Positions 47,672 to 57,426 of a stretch of DNA of 60,251 nucleotides are shown piece after piece. Position 1 is the first letter of the stretch; every line of letters begins with the position of its first letter. Below the pieces are notes generated by a model. That model ran no database searches. It saw only the letters and a list, made by a program, of their open reading frames with translations, and was not told where the DNA came from. Both the position numbers and the translations under genes were made by a program. Where the stretch lies: positions 1 to 60,251 of the IMG/VR virus record IMGVR_UViG_3300037963_001896. The stretch is one strand, 5' to 3'. The stretch comes from a virus. Taxonomy: Duplodnaviria; Caudoviricetes.

Positions 47672-48304
47672 TTATGTCACCGGCTTCCATTGTTGATTAC
47701 GCCCAAACGGCCCGGTCGTACCAATCATAAATTGTTTCTTATCCGGGTCGTAATACTCACCAATCTTAGATTCAAACATATTCCCCGTTTCGCCAAGATT
47801 CTTTAACATTTTTTCTCCGCCAGCTGAAGCAATCTTAAAAGCTGCTGCTCTACGGGCTAGCCTAACATCCTGTTTAGCTTTCGCTTTGGTCAAACCTTCA
47901 GACCTAGCTAGTTTAGAAGCTTTAGCCAAAGCGTCTCCGGCGTCTGCTTGTTGTCCTCTAGCAGTACCTAACACTCCTACTTGTTGGGTAGTTTTTGCGT
48001 CTTTAGCTACTTTGTTTGCATCTAGCATTTGTCCTGTAGCCCCCACGGCTAAATTAGCTGCAGTGCCGACATCTTGAGCAACAGCTAAACTTGCCCCATC
48101 TCCAGTCAAAGCTTGATAGGTGTCTGCTCCCGCCCTGCCTCGCAAAGTAGAACTTATATCTTCTTTGGCTGCTTTATCCCGCATCTCTACAAGCAAAGGA
48201 TCATACGTCTTTGCAAAATAATCTGCGTCCGCTTTTGCTATTGCCGCTTGAGTTTTTTCTGTCTCAGACGGCTTGTATTCTTGTTGTTTTGGTTTACTGC
48301 CCAT
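47672..48304 (-). CDS. Putative internal virion protein
   Basis: MG start, Ala-rich; position typical of small ejection proteins. Confidence 0.7.
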   Translation of the reverse strand: MGSKPKQQEYKPSETEKTQAAIAKADADYFAKTYDPLLVEMRDKAAKEDISSTLRGRAGADTYQALTGDGASLAVAQDVGTAANLAVGATGQMLDANKVAKDAKTTQQVGVLGTARGQQADAGDALAKASKLARSEGLTKAKAKQDVRLARRAAAFKIASAGGEKMLKNLGETGNMFESKIGEYYDPDKKQFMIGTTGPFGRNQQWKPVT

Positions 48305-48749
48305 CGTTAATAACCTCTCTTGTATAAACTCTTGTATCTAACTGCCACCCATTAGCTAGAGCATATTCTTCCATCTCCGGGACAGAAGAACGCGCTTCTA
48401 TAAAACTACACTCTAATGCCCTGGCAACTTGATCAAACCACTTATAGTGATTTATCCAATTATGTTTACCTTGCTCATAAGTATACGCTATCCAGATAAG
48501 CAAAGTCTTATTTCCTGTAAATTGATCCACCTCAGTAGTCAAAACTAAAAACCCTATAGAAGACATAAACAAAGTAGCTCTTTCGTTTACGCACTCACTA
48601 AAAACATCTTCGGGTAAAAACGTAAGTTGGGGGTTTTCAGATAAAATTTCTTGCACGCCATCTCTTACAGTAGGCCAAGCCTCTCGTATGTCTACAACTT
48701 GAGGGGCTGAAAACTTCTTATTATGAAGGGGCACTACTGTTTCAGTCAT
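48294..48749 (-). CDS. GNAT-like protein of the morphogenesis module
   Basis: GFLVL...LLIWIAY...ALECSFIE; typical position between adaptor and ejection genes. Confidence 0.55.
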   Translation of the reverse strand: MTETVVPLHNKKFSAPQVVDIREAWPTVRDGVQEILSENPQLTFLPEDVFSECVNERATLFMSSIGFLVLTTEVDQFTGNKTLLIWIAYTYEQGKHNWINHYKWFDQVARALECSFIEARSSVPEMEEYALANGWQLDTRVYTREVINDGQ

Positions 48750-48750
48750 A

Positions 48751-49434
48751 TTAATAATCTACCTCTTTACCGTATCTTTTGTATCTGTTTCTAGAACTAA
48801 GCCCTACTCCTTTGTATTTAACTAGCCTTTTAACGCCTAAATCTCCACTACGCGCACGAAGTTCAGCGTTGCTAACTTGTTCATTAAACAAAGACAGATA
48901 GTCTCTTGCTGCAGCAGGATCACTCCACTCTCTAGAAGGTATTCGTAGTAATCTGTACAAAGTACCAAAAATAATTCCATCCCTGTAATCATTCGAAAAC
49001 GCAGTACTAATATTCTTAGTCGTACGTGTTGGCTTTAAAGCAACAGACAAATGTATGCCGTTTACAATTTTAGAGTTAGGAATAGGTACTACCCAAAAAG
49101 TGTCTGCACTTTTTTGTAAATATACCTGGGGTTTAGTAGAACGATCGCGCCAGTCTGGATAATTAAGCTCTAAACTTCGTGGGCTTATGGGGTCTAAGTC
49201 ATCGCCATCATGAGTCATCCAAAGGATGCTATGGACTGAAGTACCGGTAGGTTGATCAAAATCATACTCGTAAACCCCAGAAATAGTAGTTATGGGATCT
49301 AGATCCTGCACATATGCTTTTGTTTTCTCACAAAATTCAATGGTTGCAGAACGTAAATTAGATTCTACTACCGAATCAGGACAACCTGGAACATAAGGTA
49401 GTATTTCTTTTACAAGTGACTCATACGACGCCAT
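48751..49434 (-). CDS. Head-tail adaptor-like protein
   Basis: PYVPGCP...IEFCEKT, ALKPT, WSDP. Confidence 0.7.
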   Translation of the reverse strand: MASYESLVKEILPYVPGCPDSVVESNLRSATIEFCEKTKAYVQDLDPITTISGVYEYDFDQPTGTSVHSILWMTHDGDDLDPISPRSLELNYPDWRDRSTKPQVYLQKSADTFWVVPIPNSKIVNGIHLSVALKPTRTTKNISTAFSNDYRDGIIFGTLYRLLRIPSREWSDPAAARDYLSLFNEQVSNAELRARSGDLGVKRLVKYKGVGLSSRNRYKRYGKEVDY

Positions 49435-49437
49435 CCA

Positions 49438-50163
49438 TTACCCCGTTACTGCAGGTGCAGGAATTGCTGCTGTGCTCATTTGATCTTGGTTAGGACTAAG
49501 ATTAAATTGCGCTTGCCCTCCGGCTCCTAAGCTACCTGTAAATAATTGATAATGAGTACCCGCTCTTTGTTGGTTACCCGCGTATTCTGCATCTTTCAAG
49601 TAACACCTAAACAATACATAGTCGATAATCGCATTCCCAAAAATATCGTCTACAAAAATAGTTGCGCTTGTATTAGCTAAATCCGTAGGTGCTGTGGAAT
49701 AGACAATTTCCAAGAATGTGCTTGTGCTAGATGCTCCTGGGTAAACATAAAATGACCTAGGGTCATCTTCGTCAAAAATATAATGTTTTACCGTAGTGGA
49801 ATGTGCTGCGTCCGTACCAGCAGATGCAGATGCATCATGCCAATTAGGTTCTTGTGTATTTAATATATCTGCATCTACTAGTCGTACCGCCCTTTTACCG
49901 GTAGCCCCACCAGAAGCATCAGACATATTTCTTGTTACTTTAATAAGCCTAAGCCCACCCGCAGGTAAAGACTGTTTAGTGCCAACCACTAAGGCTATAT
50001 TCTCAGTTTTTGCCGTAGACTCGGGTCGGAGATTGCAAACTTCTCTCTGTGCGTCATTAATATATCGTAGCAACTCCGCTTCAGGCCAACGTATACTCGT
50101 TGTATCCTGAAGGATGTCTTGTATACGAGATATTAAGTTGGCACCTGTTAATGTACCTGCCAT
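49438..50163 (-). CDS. Head-tail adaptor / tail tubular protein
   Basis: LQD...RWPEAELLRYINDAQ...RP, FYVYP, KDAEYA. Confidence 0.75.
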   Translation of the reverse strand: MAGTLTGANLISRIQDILQDTTSIRWPEAELLRYINDAQREVCNLRPESTAKTENIALVVGTKQSLPAGGLRLIKVTRNMSDASGGATGKRAVRLVDADILNTQEPNWHDASASAGTDAAHSTTVKHYIFDEDDPRSFYVYPGASSTSTFLEIVYSTAPTDLANTSATIFVDDIFGNAIIDYVLFRCYLKDAEYAGNQQRAGTHYQLFTGSLGAGGQAQFNLSPNQDQMSTAAIPAPAVTG

Positions 50164-50178
50164 AATTTACCTCGTTAA

Positions 50179-50481
50179 TTACTCAGCTTTTTCTTCTTCC
50201 CCTGCTTCTTCTTCTTGTACGTAAGCTTCGTTTACGTCTGGTGTGCTAGGATCGTCGGCTACAAAATGCCCGTCTTCGTTCCTAGCTCTTTTCTTTTTTG
50301 CAGCGGGTCTACCTCGTTTCTTCGGTGCTGGCTTAGTTTCTTCTTTAACTTCAGCAGCGCCTTGCTGCAAAGCTTGAAGTCCTAAATCATCACCTACTTC
50401 ACGTTCTTCACCTGCTTTCAAAAAGATAGATGCACCCCAAGTAGTAGTAACATGGAGATCTGTTTCTGATTTAATTTTCAC
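50179..50481 (-). CDS. Hypothetical protein after the MCP
   Basis: AGGAG RBS, GTG start; RARNEDGHFVADDPSTPDVNEAY. Confidence 0.75.
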   Translation of the reverse strand: MKIKSETDLHVTTTWGASIFLKAGEEREVGDDLGLQALQQGAAEVKEETKPAPKKRGRPAAKKKRARNEDGHFVADDPSTPDVNEAYVQEEEAGEEEKAE

Positions 50482-50506
50482 TCTTTTTTCTCCTAAAAAA
50501 GATGGT

Positions 50507-50540
50507 TAATAAAAGCGGGTAGCCCCGAAGGACTACCCAC
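50507..50540 (-). terminator. Terminator after the MCP
   Basis: Minus strand gtgggtagtc-c(ttcg)g-ggctacccgc-ttttatt. Confidence 0.85.
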
Positions 50541-50548
50541 ACCATGCT

Positions 50549-51697
50549 TTAGTAAGCTACGTCCAACCTTACGATACCAAAGTCTTCAGCTTGTCCTGAG
50601 ACATCTGAATGATAGACTGGTTTCTTAAAGCCGAAAATCTTACCAATGGAAATACCGTTCTGGTTTCCATAGTCGAAAGTATCTTCAACAATTTCTGGAA
50701 GACCGATATCAGCCATCGCAAGCCCTTGCGCTCCAACGAATAGACATGCAGAGCCATCAATATCAGCATTGGCCCCCCACTTATATCCATTAGAACCAGC
50801 ATTACCGGAAGCTCCTGAAGTCGCGCCACTTGTATTAAACACGTGTCTGAATTCATGAACCATAATGCCGTCAACCATTAAGCTTGAAGAACCTGAGAAC
50901 AATTCGTTACCTGGTCCTCTTACTCCAGCATTTCTGACGTTAGCCAAGAAGTCTGAATCAAGTTTAAGGTCTGCCATCACTTGAGGTGATACAAACAAGT
51001 GGTATACCTCTTCGTTTCCTGCGCCTCTCATGCCTCTGATGTAATTATCTTTAGCATAAGCTTTAAGCTGGACGATAGCTTTGTAGTTAAGAGTGTCAGC
51101 TGCTACTGTCGCAGTAACATCTCCAGCTACAATACCGCCGGTTCCAGCATCCCACCTTCTATGTCTATTAGTGGTAGGGGCGGTTACGTCGCCAGAGAAT
51201 GCAAGATCACTAAGATTTTGCCCTGAACCCAGAGTGCTTCTTAGTGCGCCGTTATTCTTAACGCCGTATGAAACACCAGCCATCGTTAAAAACGCCAACT
51301 GGTCAATACGATCTGCCATTGCATAAGCAAGTGCATCTCTTGAGTGCTCACGGAAGTTGACAACTGATTTCTGATCAGCAAGCCTACCAGCTAGTCTGTT
51401 TGCAAATCTAAGTTGATCTAGTTGAACAACGATGTCGTACGCCCTTAATGCTTCTTCATTACCCTCAAGAGTGTTATCACCAACGATACCGTCTCCAGTC
51501 ATGTCAGCTAAAAGAGTTATTACAGCTCTTGCGCCTTTCTCTGACTGAGTTAGTTCAGATATTCTCTGAACCATAGCGTTAGGACCACTTCCTGCGAATT
51601 GGTTAATGAAGGACATATTTCGGGCAACACGCCAAAAATCACGTGACCAGATCGTAAGCTGTTCGCTGGTCAGTGCGCTAAAGTTAGTATTAGCCAT
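50549..51697 (-). CDS. Major capsid protein (N4-gp56/DUF4043-like)
   Basis: GDNTLEGNEEAL, DQLRFA, DYGNQNGISI, EDFGIV; follows portal and scaffold; own terminator. Confidence 0.9.
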   Translation of the reverse strand: MANTNFSALTSEQLTIWSRDFWRVARNMSFINQFAGSGPNAMVQRISELTQSEKGARAVITLLADMTGDGIVGDNTLEGNEEALRAYDIVVQLDQLRFANRLAGRLADQKSVVNFREHSRDALAYAMADRIDQLAFLTMAGVSYGVKNNGALRSTLGSGQNLSDLAFSGDVTAPTTNRHRRWDAGTGGIVAGDVTATVAADTLNYKAIVQLKAYAKDNYIRGMRGAGNEEVYHLFVSPQVMADLKLDSDFLANVRNAGVRGPGNELFSGSSSLMVDGIMVHEFRHVFNTSGATSGASGNAGSNGYKWGANADIDGSACLFVGAQGLAMADIGLPEIVEDTFDYGNQNGISIGKIFGFKKPVYHSDVSGQAEDFGIVRLDVAY

Positions 51698-51760
51698 TTA
51701 TGTACTCCAATTTAAGTTAACAAAATTTAACCGACTTTTGGGGCGATATTTTACCCGTAT

Positions 51761-51887
51761 ACCCTTTATCGTTGGGGCTACGACATCGTATTTTTAACGA
51801 GAACGACCTCGGTCAGATTTACGCCATGACGGGCGAATACGTTTTTTATCCTAAACGACTAGGGTTAGATATCGTTCTAACAGACGA
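51761..51887 (-). ncRNA. Array of five tandem H-type pseudoknots in the MCP 5' leader
   Basis: Five units of 23-26 nt, each with 4-bp S1, 4-6-bp S2 and (in four) an A-rich loop 3; see findings. Confidence 0.7.
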
Positions 51888-51912
51888 AGTTATATAACAT
51901 CCTATCACAATT

Positions 51913-52995
51913 TTACCCAAAGTCACCACGCATCCGTTTTAATGTGTCTTCTGGTAACGCACTAAACTCATCGTCAGATAAAACATTTATGTCTGCTACT
52001 GGCTTTCGTTTAGCGGTACTTTCCCCTTTCATTTTAGGGGGTTGCGATTTAGACGCTTGTAATTTCTTTTTAACTGTTGTCTTTTTTCTTTTTTCTACAA
52101 CGGCTTTATTTTGTTGATTAGTTTGTAATGCAGCTGCTTCATCAGACCCTTGTAACAGCTCCGGATGTTTTGCAGCGAGCGTATATTCAGTTGCTCTAGC
52201 TAAAGAATCTGCAGGTTCATACCCTTGGATTATAAAAGCATCCCTTAGCTCCATAACTTCTTTAGTTAAGTCTTCATCGAAATCAGCGCTTTCTTCATTT
52301 AAAACAGTAAAAGTAGTAGCTATTTCTACTGCTTTAGCTTGTAGTTCTTGAGCTGCTCTGTCTTGTTGTACAGTTTGACCCATCTGTTGTTGTACTTCGA
52401 ACATCATCTGCTCTTTTTCTGCAGCACGAATCTCATTACGCAATTTAGTAGCGTTTTCAGAATCGCCATCTAGCACAAACTGCTGGTATTCTTGTTCCTT
52501 AAGATCAAAATCATACTTAGGAGCTTCGGCTTGTGCTTCGGCTTCTTTTTGTTGAATTTCATCTAGCTGTTTTTGCATTTTTTTATTCTTCGCAAGTACT
52601 TCATCTAACCTAGACTTAGGCACCATAGGAGCTTTTTCTGGCTCTTTTGGTTTTTCTATTTCTTCCTCTTCGAGGGCAGCGGTTGGGTCGTCAACGGTCT
52701 CCTCTTCTTCAGATTCTCCTGGTACTTCAACCTCATCTTGATCCTCTCCGTCTTCGGGATCCTCGGCATCTTCCTCCTCCTCGACTTCATCCGTGGTCTC
52801 TTCCACTTCTTCTACAACTTCTTCGGAAGGGAATTCTACTTCCTCTTCTTCAGAATCTTCTTCTACAACTTCTTCTTCCGCAGGAACTTCATCTTCAAAG
52901 TTCAAATCTACTTCAAAAGGTTTTGCTTCTTCTTCAGTTATGGGGTCTGCTCCAGGCATACCGTCCATAATTACATCTTTCTTTTCCTCAGCCAT
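51913..52995 (-). CDS. Capsid scaffolding protein
   Basis: Very acidic N-terminus, VPKSRLDEV, coiled coil, LSDDEFSALP...MRGD. Confidence 0.85.
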   Translation of the reverse strand: MAEEKKDVIMDGMPGADPITEEEAKPFEVDLNFEDEVPAEEEVVEEDSEEEEVEFPSEEVVEEVEETTDEVEEEEDAEDPEDGEDQDEVEVPGESEEEETVDDPTAALEEEEIEKPKEPEKAPMVPKSRLDEVLAKNKKMQKQLDEIQQKEAEAQAEAPKYDFDLKEQEYQQFVLDGDSENATKLRNEIRAAEKEQMMFEVQQQMGQTVQQDRAAQELQAKAVEIATTFTVLNEESADFDEDLTKEVMELRDAFIIQGYEPADSLARATEYTLAAKHPELLQGSDEAAALQTNQQNKAVVEKRKKTTVKKKLQASKSQPPKMKGESTAKRKPVADINVLSDDEFSALPEDTLKRMRGDFG

Positions 52996-55100
52996 TATTT
53001 ACCTCCTGTAGGTTTCATAGCAGCAACGGCTATTTTTGATGCTGCCTGGGTTTCACTCTGACCAGTCCTAACGGTATTAGTCATCTCTGATAACCTTTCA
53101 CGTAGGGCTAATTCTTCTCGCTTAGTCTGAATCTTACTTTGCATATCTGCTACTTTAATTTGCTGATCATTAACAGTACCTTCAGCTTTAGCTTGATTAA
53201 GAGCTGCTTCAGACTGAAGTCTTTGTACTTCGGCTTCCATCTGCGCAATCTCAAGTTGAGTCTTTCTAATTTCAGCTTCGGCTTGAAACTGCATAAGTTG
53301 CGCTTGCTCTTCACTTGGCGGTTCCATGCCTTGCATCTGGCGTATTCTTTGTGCAATTTCGCCTTTACGCGCAAGATGCGAGTATTCAACAATAAGGTCA
53401 TCTGGTATAGGTACACCTGCCTGACGTAGCGCGATAGCCTCTGCGAACTGAATTTCTTCAAAATTGTCTCTAGCTGGAGCAGTTCCGACAATAACATCGT
53501 ACTCTCCAAGCGTTAAATCATTAATAATCATGCCTTCTGAAGTTATTTCATTTATTTTCATAGGCATTCTACGTTTTAACGGGTCAGTTTCGTCCGTAAT
53601 TTGGATCAAACGCTCTTCTGTATAGTAGGCTTGTACTAAATTTAGTACTTTTTCCGCTAAATACTGCCTAGTTTTAGTTAAATTATCTAATGGAACCTGA
53701 ATCATCATGGCTCCACGGTTTTGTTTGGCTTGAATTGCTACACCAGATACTTCTGGACTATCAGTACCAAGCATTGCGTCACTAATACCACTAATTTGTT
53801 TGATATTAATAGCTGCTTTTTGGCTAATCCTGTCTAATCCAGTAGGTATCTGATTAGGAGGGATCTTAGCAGGGGGACTAGACCCTCGATTAAACTCTAG
53901 TACAAGGCCCGTTTCTGCACCGTGTTCCTCGAGATCATCTGCAGTCATCCCGTTTAAAGAGCCAGTTTCAACTATCCAACCACTATTGGCTGTGGTGTTT
54001 ACAATATGTAACTCTTGTGAGGATATTTTGTTGAGCTGTTCTTGTGGCGAGATAAGATTTCGCACCATGCCAAACGGACGACCTCTTCTCCAATAAGGAA
54101 AATAGGGTACTAGAGTAAAAGTATCGTACGGAGACCACTCATCGTGCAGTACAACAAGGTCCGCGGTTGTAGTCCAGCGTACTTTTTTCGTAAATTTCGT
54201 TAAAATCTCTAATCCAAACTGATCCGCGAAGGATTCGCGCTTCTTTTTGCTCCAATTATAAGGAACTTCGCGCATATCGCCGGTAACAGAGTCTACATAG
54301 AACATACATTCTTTTAATTTGTAGTATTGACGTTCGATTACGCGTATCGCACGCAATTGTCTGTTTTCTTCGGGGTTTGTAGTGTTACCTTGGTTGTATT
54401 CTACGCTAGCACTAGTGTCACCATAGCGTTGTTCTTCATATTCGACCGAATCCGTACCTAATTGTGAGCCTTGTTCGACTGTAATACGCAATTTATCGGC
54501 TTTATCTTGCCCATATTGCTCTTCTATCTCGTCTAAAGTCATCCAACGCGACTCAAAAATCTCGTTCCACGACCTTGGGTCGTATTCTTTAGCGTCTGGG
54601 TCAATAAGTATATCCAGAGGGTCTTTAGGGGTGACTCTAACTTCCCCCTGGATATGATCATCGAAGTCTATACGTACATCAAACCAACCTCTATCTTGAA
54701 TAAGCCCATCAGCAAACACTTGAGACTCTATCCAATCGAGCTTGTTGTTGTCAGAAATCTGCATAAATAGCTTAGTTAGTACGTCGGCTATCTCTTGTTG
54801 CCCTCTACCGCGTGGTTTAAAGGCAATATCCATCCTCCGGGTAGTCTGTTCTCCCAGAACGGCGTTAATAGTAGGTAAAATAGTATTGATTGTTAGAGCT
54901 GGTCGCCCTTGGTCATCTAACGCAGCCATATCGGCTTCGTCCCATTGGTGCCCACGGTAAAACGCATCACATTGCTGGGCAATATCTATGTAATCTTCGT
55001 GTCCATTGTCACGCGCTCGCGTGTAACAGTTCCATTGTTCTTTAGCCAGCTCGTGTTGCTCTGCTTTAGAGAGCCTCTTTTCTTTTTTACCGTATGCCAT
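52995..55100 (-). CDS. Portal protein (P22-like)
   Basis: FYRGHQW, GRPALTIN, GMVRNLISPQ...N, SGVAI, C-terminal Q-rich coiled coil. Confidence 0.9.
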   Translation of the reverse strand: MAYGKKEKRLSKAEQHELAKEQWNCYTRARDNGHEDYIDIAQQCDAFYRGHQWDEADMAALDDQGRPALTINTILPTINAVLGEQTTRRMDIAFKPRGRGQQEIADVLTKLFMQISDNNKLDWIESQVFADGLIQDRGWFDVRIDFDDHIQGEVRVTPKDPLDILIDPDAKEYDPRSWNEIFESRWMTLDEIEEQYGQDKADKLRITVEQGSQLGTDSVEYEEQRYGDTSASVEYNQGNTTNPEENRQLRAIRVIERQYYKLKECMFYVDSVTGDMREVPYNWSKKKRESFADQFGLEILTKFTKKVRWTTTADLVVLHDEWSPYDTFTLVPYFPYWRRGRPFGMVRNLISPQEQLNKISSQELHIVNTTANSGWIVETGSLNGMTADDLEEHGAETGLVLEFNRGSSPPAKIPPNQIPTGLDRISQKAAINIKQISGISDAMLGTDSPEVSGVAIQAKQNRGAMMIQVPLDNLTKTRQYLAEKVLNLVQAYYTEERLIQITDETDPLKRRMPMKINEITSEGMIINDLTLGEYDVIVGTAPARDNFEEIQFAEAIALRQAGVPIPDDLIVEYSHLARKGEIAQRIRQMQGMEPPSEEQAQLMQFQAEAEIRKTQLEIAQMEAEVQRLQSEAALNQAKAEGTVNDQQIKVADMQSKIQTKREELALRERLSEMTNTVRTGQSETQAASKIAVAAMKPTGGK

Positions 55101-56747
55101 TTATGCGCTCATTGCTGTTTTCTTGTTGTCACCTTTCGCTATTTTCTGTAATCTATCCCTCCAAGAAGGAATGTGTTCTTCTCGCTCAAAATAAGTAGCA
55201 AATTCTGTCATCATTAAACCTACCCATGCCAAAGCATCTACTTGGTCATCGTGTACCCCATTTGGGAAACGCAATAATTCTGCAACTAATGGCCCTACCC
55301 AAATAGGATCTCTTGGAAAGTATACCATGCCTTGTTGCATTCTACCCTGAATTGCTCTAGCTCTTGCTTCTTTATCTCTCCTTCCTGTTTTTAAGTCACG
55401 AAAATACGCCTCATGTAATTTTCTTTCTCTAACTCTTTTCTCTAGAAACGGACCAATCGCCATTTCTATATGACCTTTCTCTATACCTATTACACTAGGT
55501 CTCCAGGTCTCATACAAATCTAATATTTGCTCTACAAGTTCGAAGCCGTCCCAACGTCCTCGTACGCAGTCTACCACGTACATATTATCATATTCATCAA
55601 TACCTACTACTATTCCTACAGAGTAGTCGTTACGTTCTCTTTGTCCGATCGCTAAGTCCCACGAGCAATAGTACTTTAACTTATGAAAATCTAAATCAGC
55701 TTCATCGTAATAATTAATCATGTCACGATTAAAATAGTCACCTTCGTCCGCAACAGGGTTCTGCTGATACAGAGCTGACCAGTCTCTAGGCCCGATCGCT
55801 TTTTGTATTTTTTCTAACGAAGCTACATTATATCTTTCCGGATGTAACGCTTCCCCTTGGTCTCTATATTCTTCATCTTGTTCTGCGAGCGCAGGATATT
55901 TAACTACTTCCCATTCATCCGCGCCATTGTTCGCAGCTTGTAATAATCTTCCTGCTAAATCGTCATCATGCCATCTCGTTAAAATAACAAGTATTCCGCC
56001 TCCAGGAGCAAGACGGGTATAAGCCGTTGATGTATACCAATCCCACACTGAATCGCGGCTGTATTCAGATTCGGCATCGTCTCTGTTTTTAACTGGATCG
56101 TCGATCACCAACACGTGAGCACCTTTACCTGTAATACCACCACCTACACCAGCGGCTACATAACCACCACCTTTGGTCGTTAACCATGACTCTACAGACT
56201 GAGATGTTGGGTCTAGGATTGCTCCGTTAAATATATTTTTATAATTAGGCTCTCTTAATTGATGTCTTACCTTCCTTGAAAAAGACATAGCTAAGGATCC
56301 TGAATAGGAACAGCTGATAAATTCGTGTTCGGGATTTCTTCCTAAATGCCACGCGGGAAACGCAACACTGGCCAAGGTCGATTTTCCATGTCGAGGGGGC
56401 ATGAACAGCATTAATCTTGGCGATTCACGGTTCGCTACATCCTCACTAAACTTCTCTAACCTTCGACAAATGTCCTTGTGTACCCAACCAGCTTGGTAGT
56501 TAGAGTCAAAACGCTCTACAAAAGGCAACATGTGTTTACGTGCAAGTACACGTTTAGCTAGCTCTTGTTGTGCAGCCTCTTCCTGAGATATCCGTTTCTC
56601 TTCTTCTTTAGTAAGCTTTGGCTCGGGCGGCTCTAATCGTTCAGCTTCTTCGGCTTTACAGTACACACAAATACCGTCGTCGGACGGAAACAGAGTGTCA
56701 GGATGTAATGCTTTACAAACCTCACACTCTTGTTTGTCTATTTGCAT
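55101..56747 (-). CDS. terL: Terminase large subunit
   Basis: MPPRHGKS, ITGKGA..LVIDDP, TRWH.DDLAG, YQQ.P, WDLA, HDDQVDA; N-terminal CxxC...CxxC. Confidence 0.95.
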   Translation of the reverse strand: MQIDKQECEVCKALHPDTLFPSDDGICVYCKAEEAERLEPPEPKLTKEEEKRISQEEAAQQELAKRVLARKHMLPFVERFDSNYQAGWVHKDICRRLEKFSEDVANRESPRLMLFMPPRHGKSTLASVAFPAWHLGRNPEHEFISCSYSGSLAMSFSRKVRHQLREPNYKNIFNGAILDPTSQSVESWLTTKGGGYVAAGVGGGITGKGAHVLVIDDPVKNRDDAESEYSRDSVWDWYTSTAYTRLAPGGGILVILTRWHDDDLAGRLLQAANNGADEWEVVKYPALAEQDEEYRDQGEALHPERYNVASLEKIQKAIGPRDWSALYQQNPVADEGDYFNRDMINYYDEADLDFHKLKYYCSWDLAIGQRERNDYSVGIVVGIDEYDNMYVVDCVRGRWDGFELVEQILDLYETWRPSVIGIEKGHIEMAIGPFLEKRVRERKLHEAYFRDLKTGRRDKEARARAIQGRMQQGMVYFPRDPIWVGPLVAELLRFPNGVHDDQVDALAWVGLMMTEFATYFEREEHIPSWRDRLQKIAKGDNKKTAMSA

Positions 56748-56750
56748 GTA

Positions 56751-56855
56751 TTAGCACTTGCCTTTCTTCATTTTTCTTTTGGTAGTTTTTTTCTTACCTT
56801 TTTTCTTAGGGGGTCTCCCTCTTTTACTACCGTAAGTTCCTGGTCCGTATGGCAT
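56751..56855 (-). CDS. Very basic micro-protein (34 aa; not in ORF track)
   Basis: AGGAGG RBS; MPYGPGTYGSKRGRPPKKKGKKKTTKRKMRKGKC. Confidence 0.7.
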   Translation of the reverse strand: MPYGPGTYGSKRGRPPKKKGKKKTTKRKMKKGKC

Positions 56856-56998
56856 TATTTCCTCCTTTTCTTAGTGGACTTTTTCTTCTTCCAACCTCTT
56901 TTCATAGCAGCATATGCTTTTTTAGAGATTGTAGAATTCTTTTTGGAACGACTAGTTCCAGCTTTTTTTCGTTTATTTATATTTCTTACTAAACTCAT
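56855..56998 (-). CDS. Very basic micro-protein (47 aa; not in ORF track)
   Basis: MSLVRNINKRKKAGTSRSKKNSTISKKAYAAMKRGWKKKKSTKKRRK; TAATG coupling. Confidence 0.7.
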   Translation of the reverse strand: MSLVRNINKRKKAGTSRSKKNSTISKKAYAAMKRGWKKKKSTKKRRK

Positions 56999-56999
56999 A

Positions 57000-57296
57000 T
57001 CAACACTTCCACCTCCTCCTAGCTTGTCGAATCCTTGAGTTCGGATTATTTCTAGTTTTAGCAGAACTGCGTTTCAATTGTCCTAATGACCTAGCGCAAT
57101 AGGACTTACGTCTTTTAGCAGCTTTGCTGCCTTTTTTAACTTTACCTGTAACCGCAGTCTTTAACTTTGAACCGGGGTTCGCCTTTCTATAAGCTTTGAC
57201 ACCTTTACGTGTCATTCCCGCACCTTTCTTTGTAGGGCGATAATTACCGCCTTTACCAGTGGTGCGTCGTATAGATTTAGCTTTCTTTCTTGGCAT
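57000..57296 (-). CDS. Basic phage protein
   Basis: K/R-rich; RRKSYCARS...RQARRRWKC. Confidence 0.8.
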   Translation of the reverse strand: MPRKKAKSIRRTTGKGGNYRPTKKGAGMTRKGVKAYRKANPGSKLKTAVTGKVKKGSKAAKRRKSYCARSLGQLKRSSAKTRNNPNSRIRQARRRWKC

Positions 57297-57426
57297 TTGA
57301 ATCTGAGTCCTTGTGTACTTTTACAGGAGTTAAAGTAAACATTCCTTTATTGTCCTGTTTAAGCTCTGCTCTGTAAATTGTCCTTTTGTTATTAGTAGCT
57401 TGCGCCTGTTGATGATACTTAGTCAT
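57277..57426 (-). CDS. Hypothetical protein (49 aa; not in ORF track)
   Basis: GGAGG RBS; fills the gap between terS and the basic proteins. Confidence 0.55.
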   Translation of the reverse strand: MTKYHQQAQATNNKRTIYRAELKQDNKGMFTLTPVKVHKDSDSNAKKES

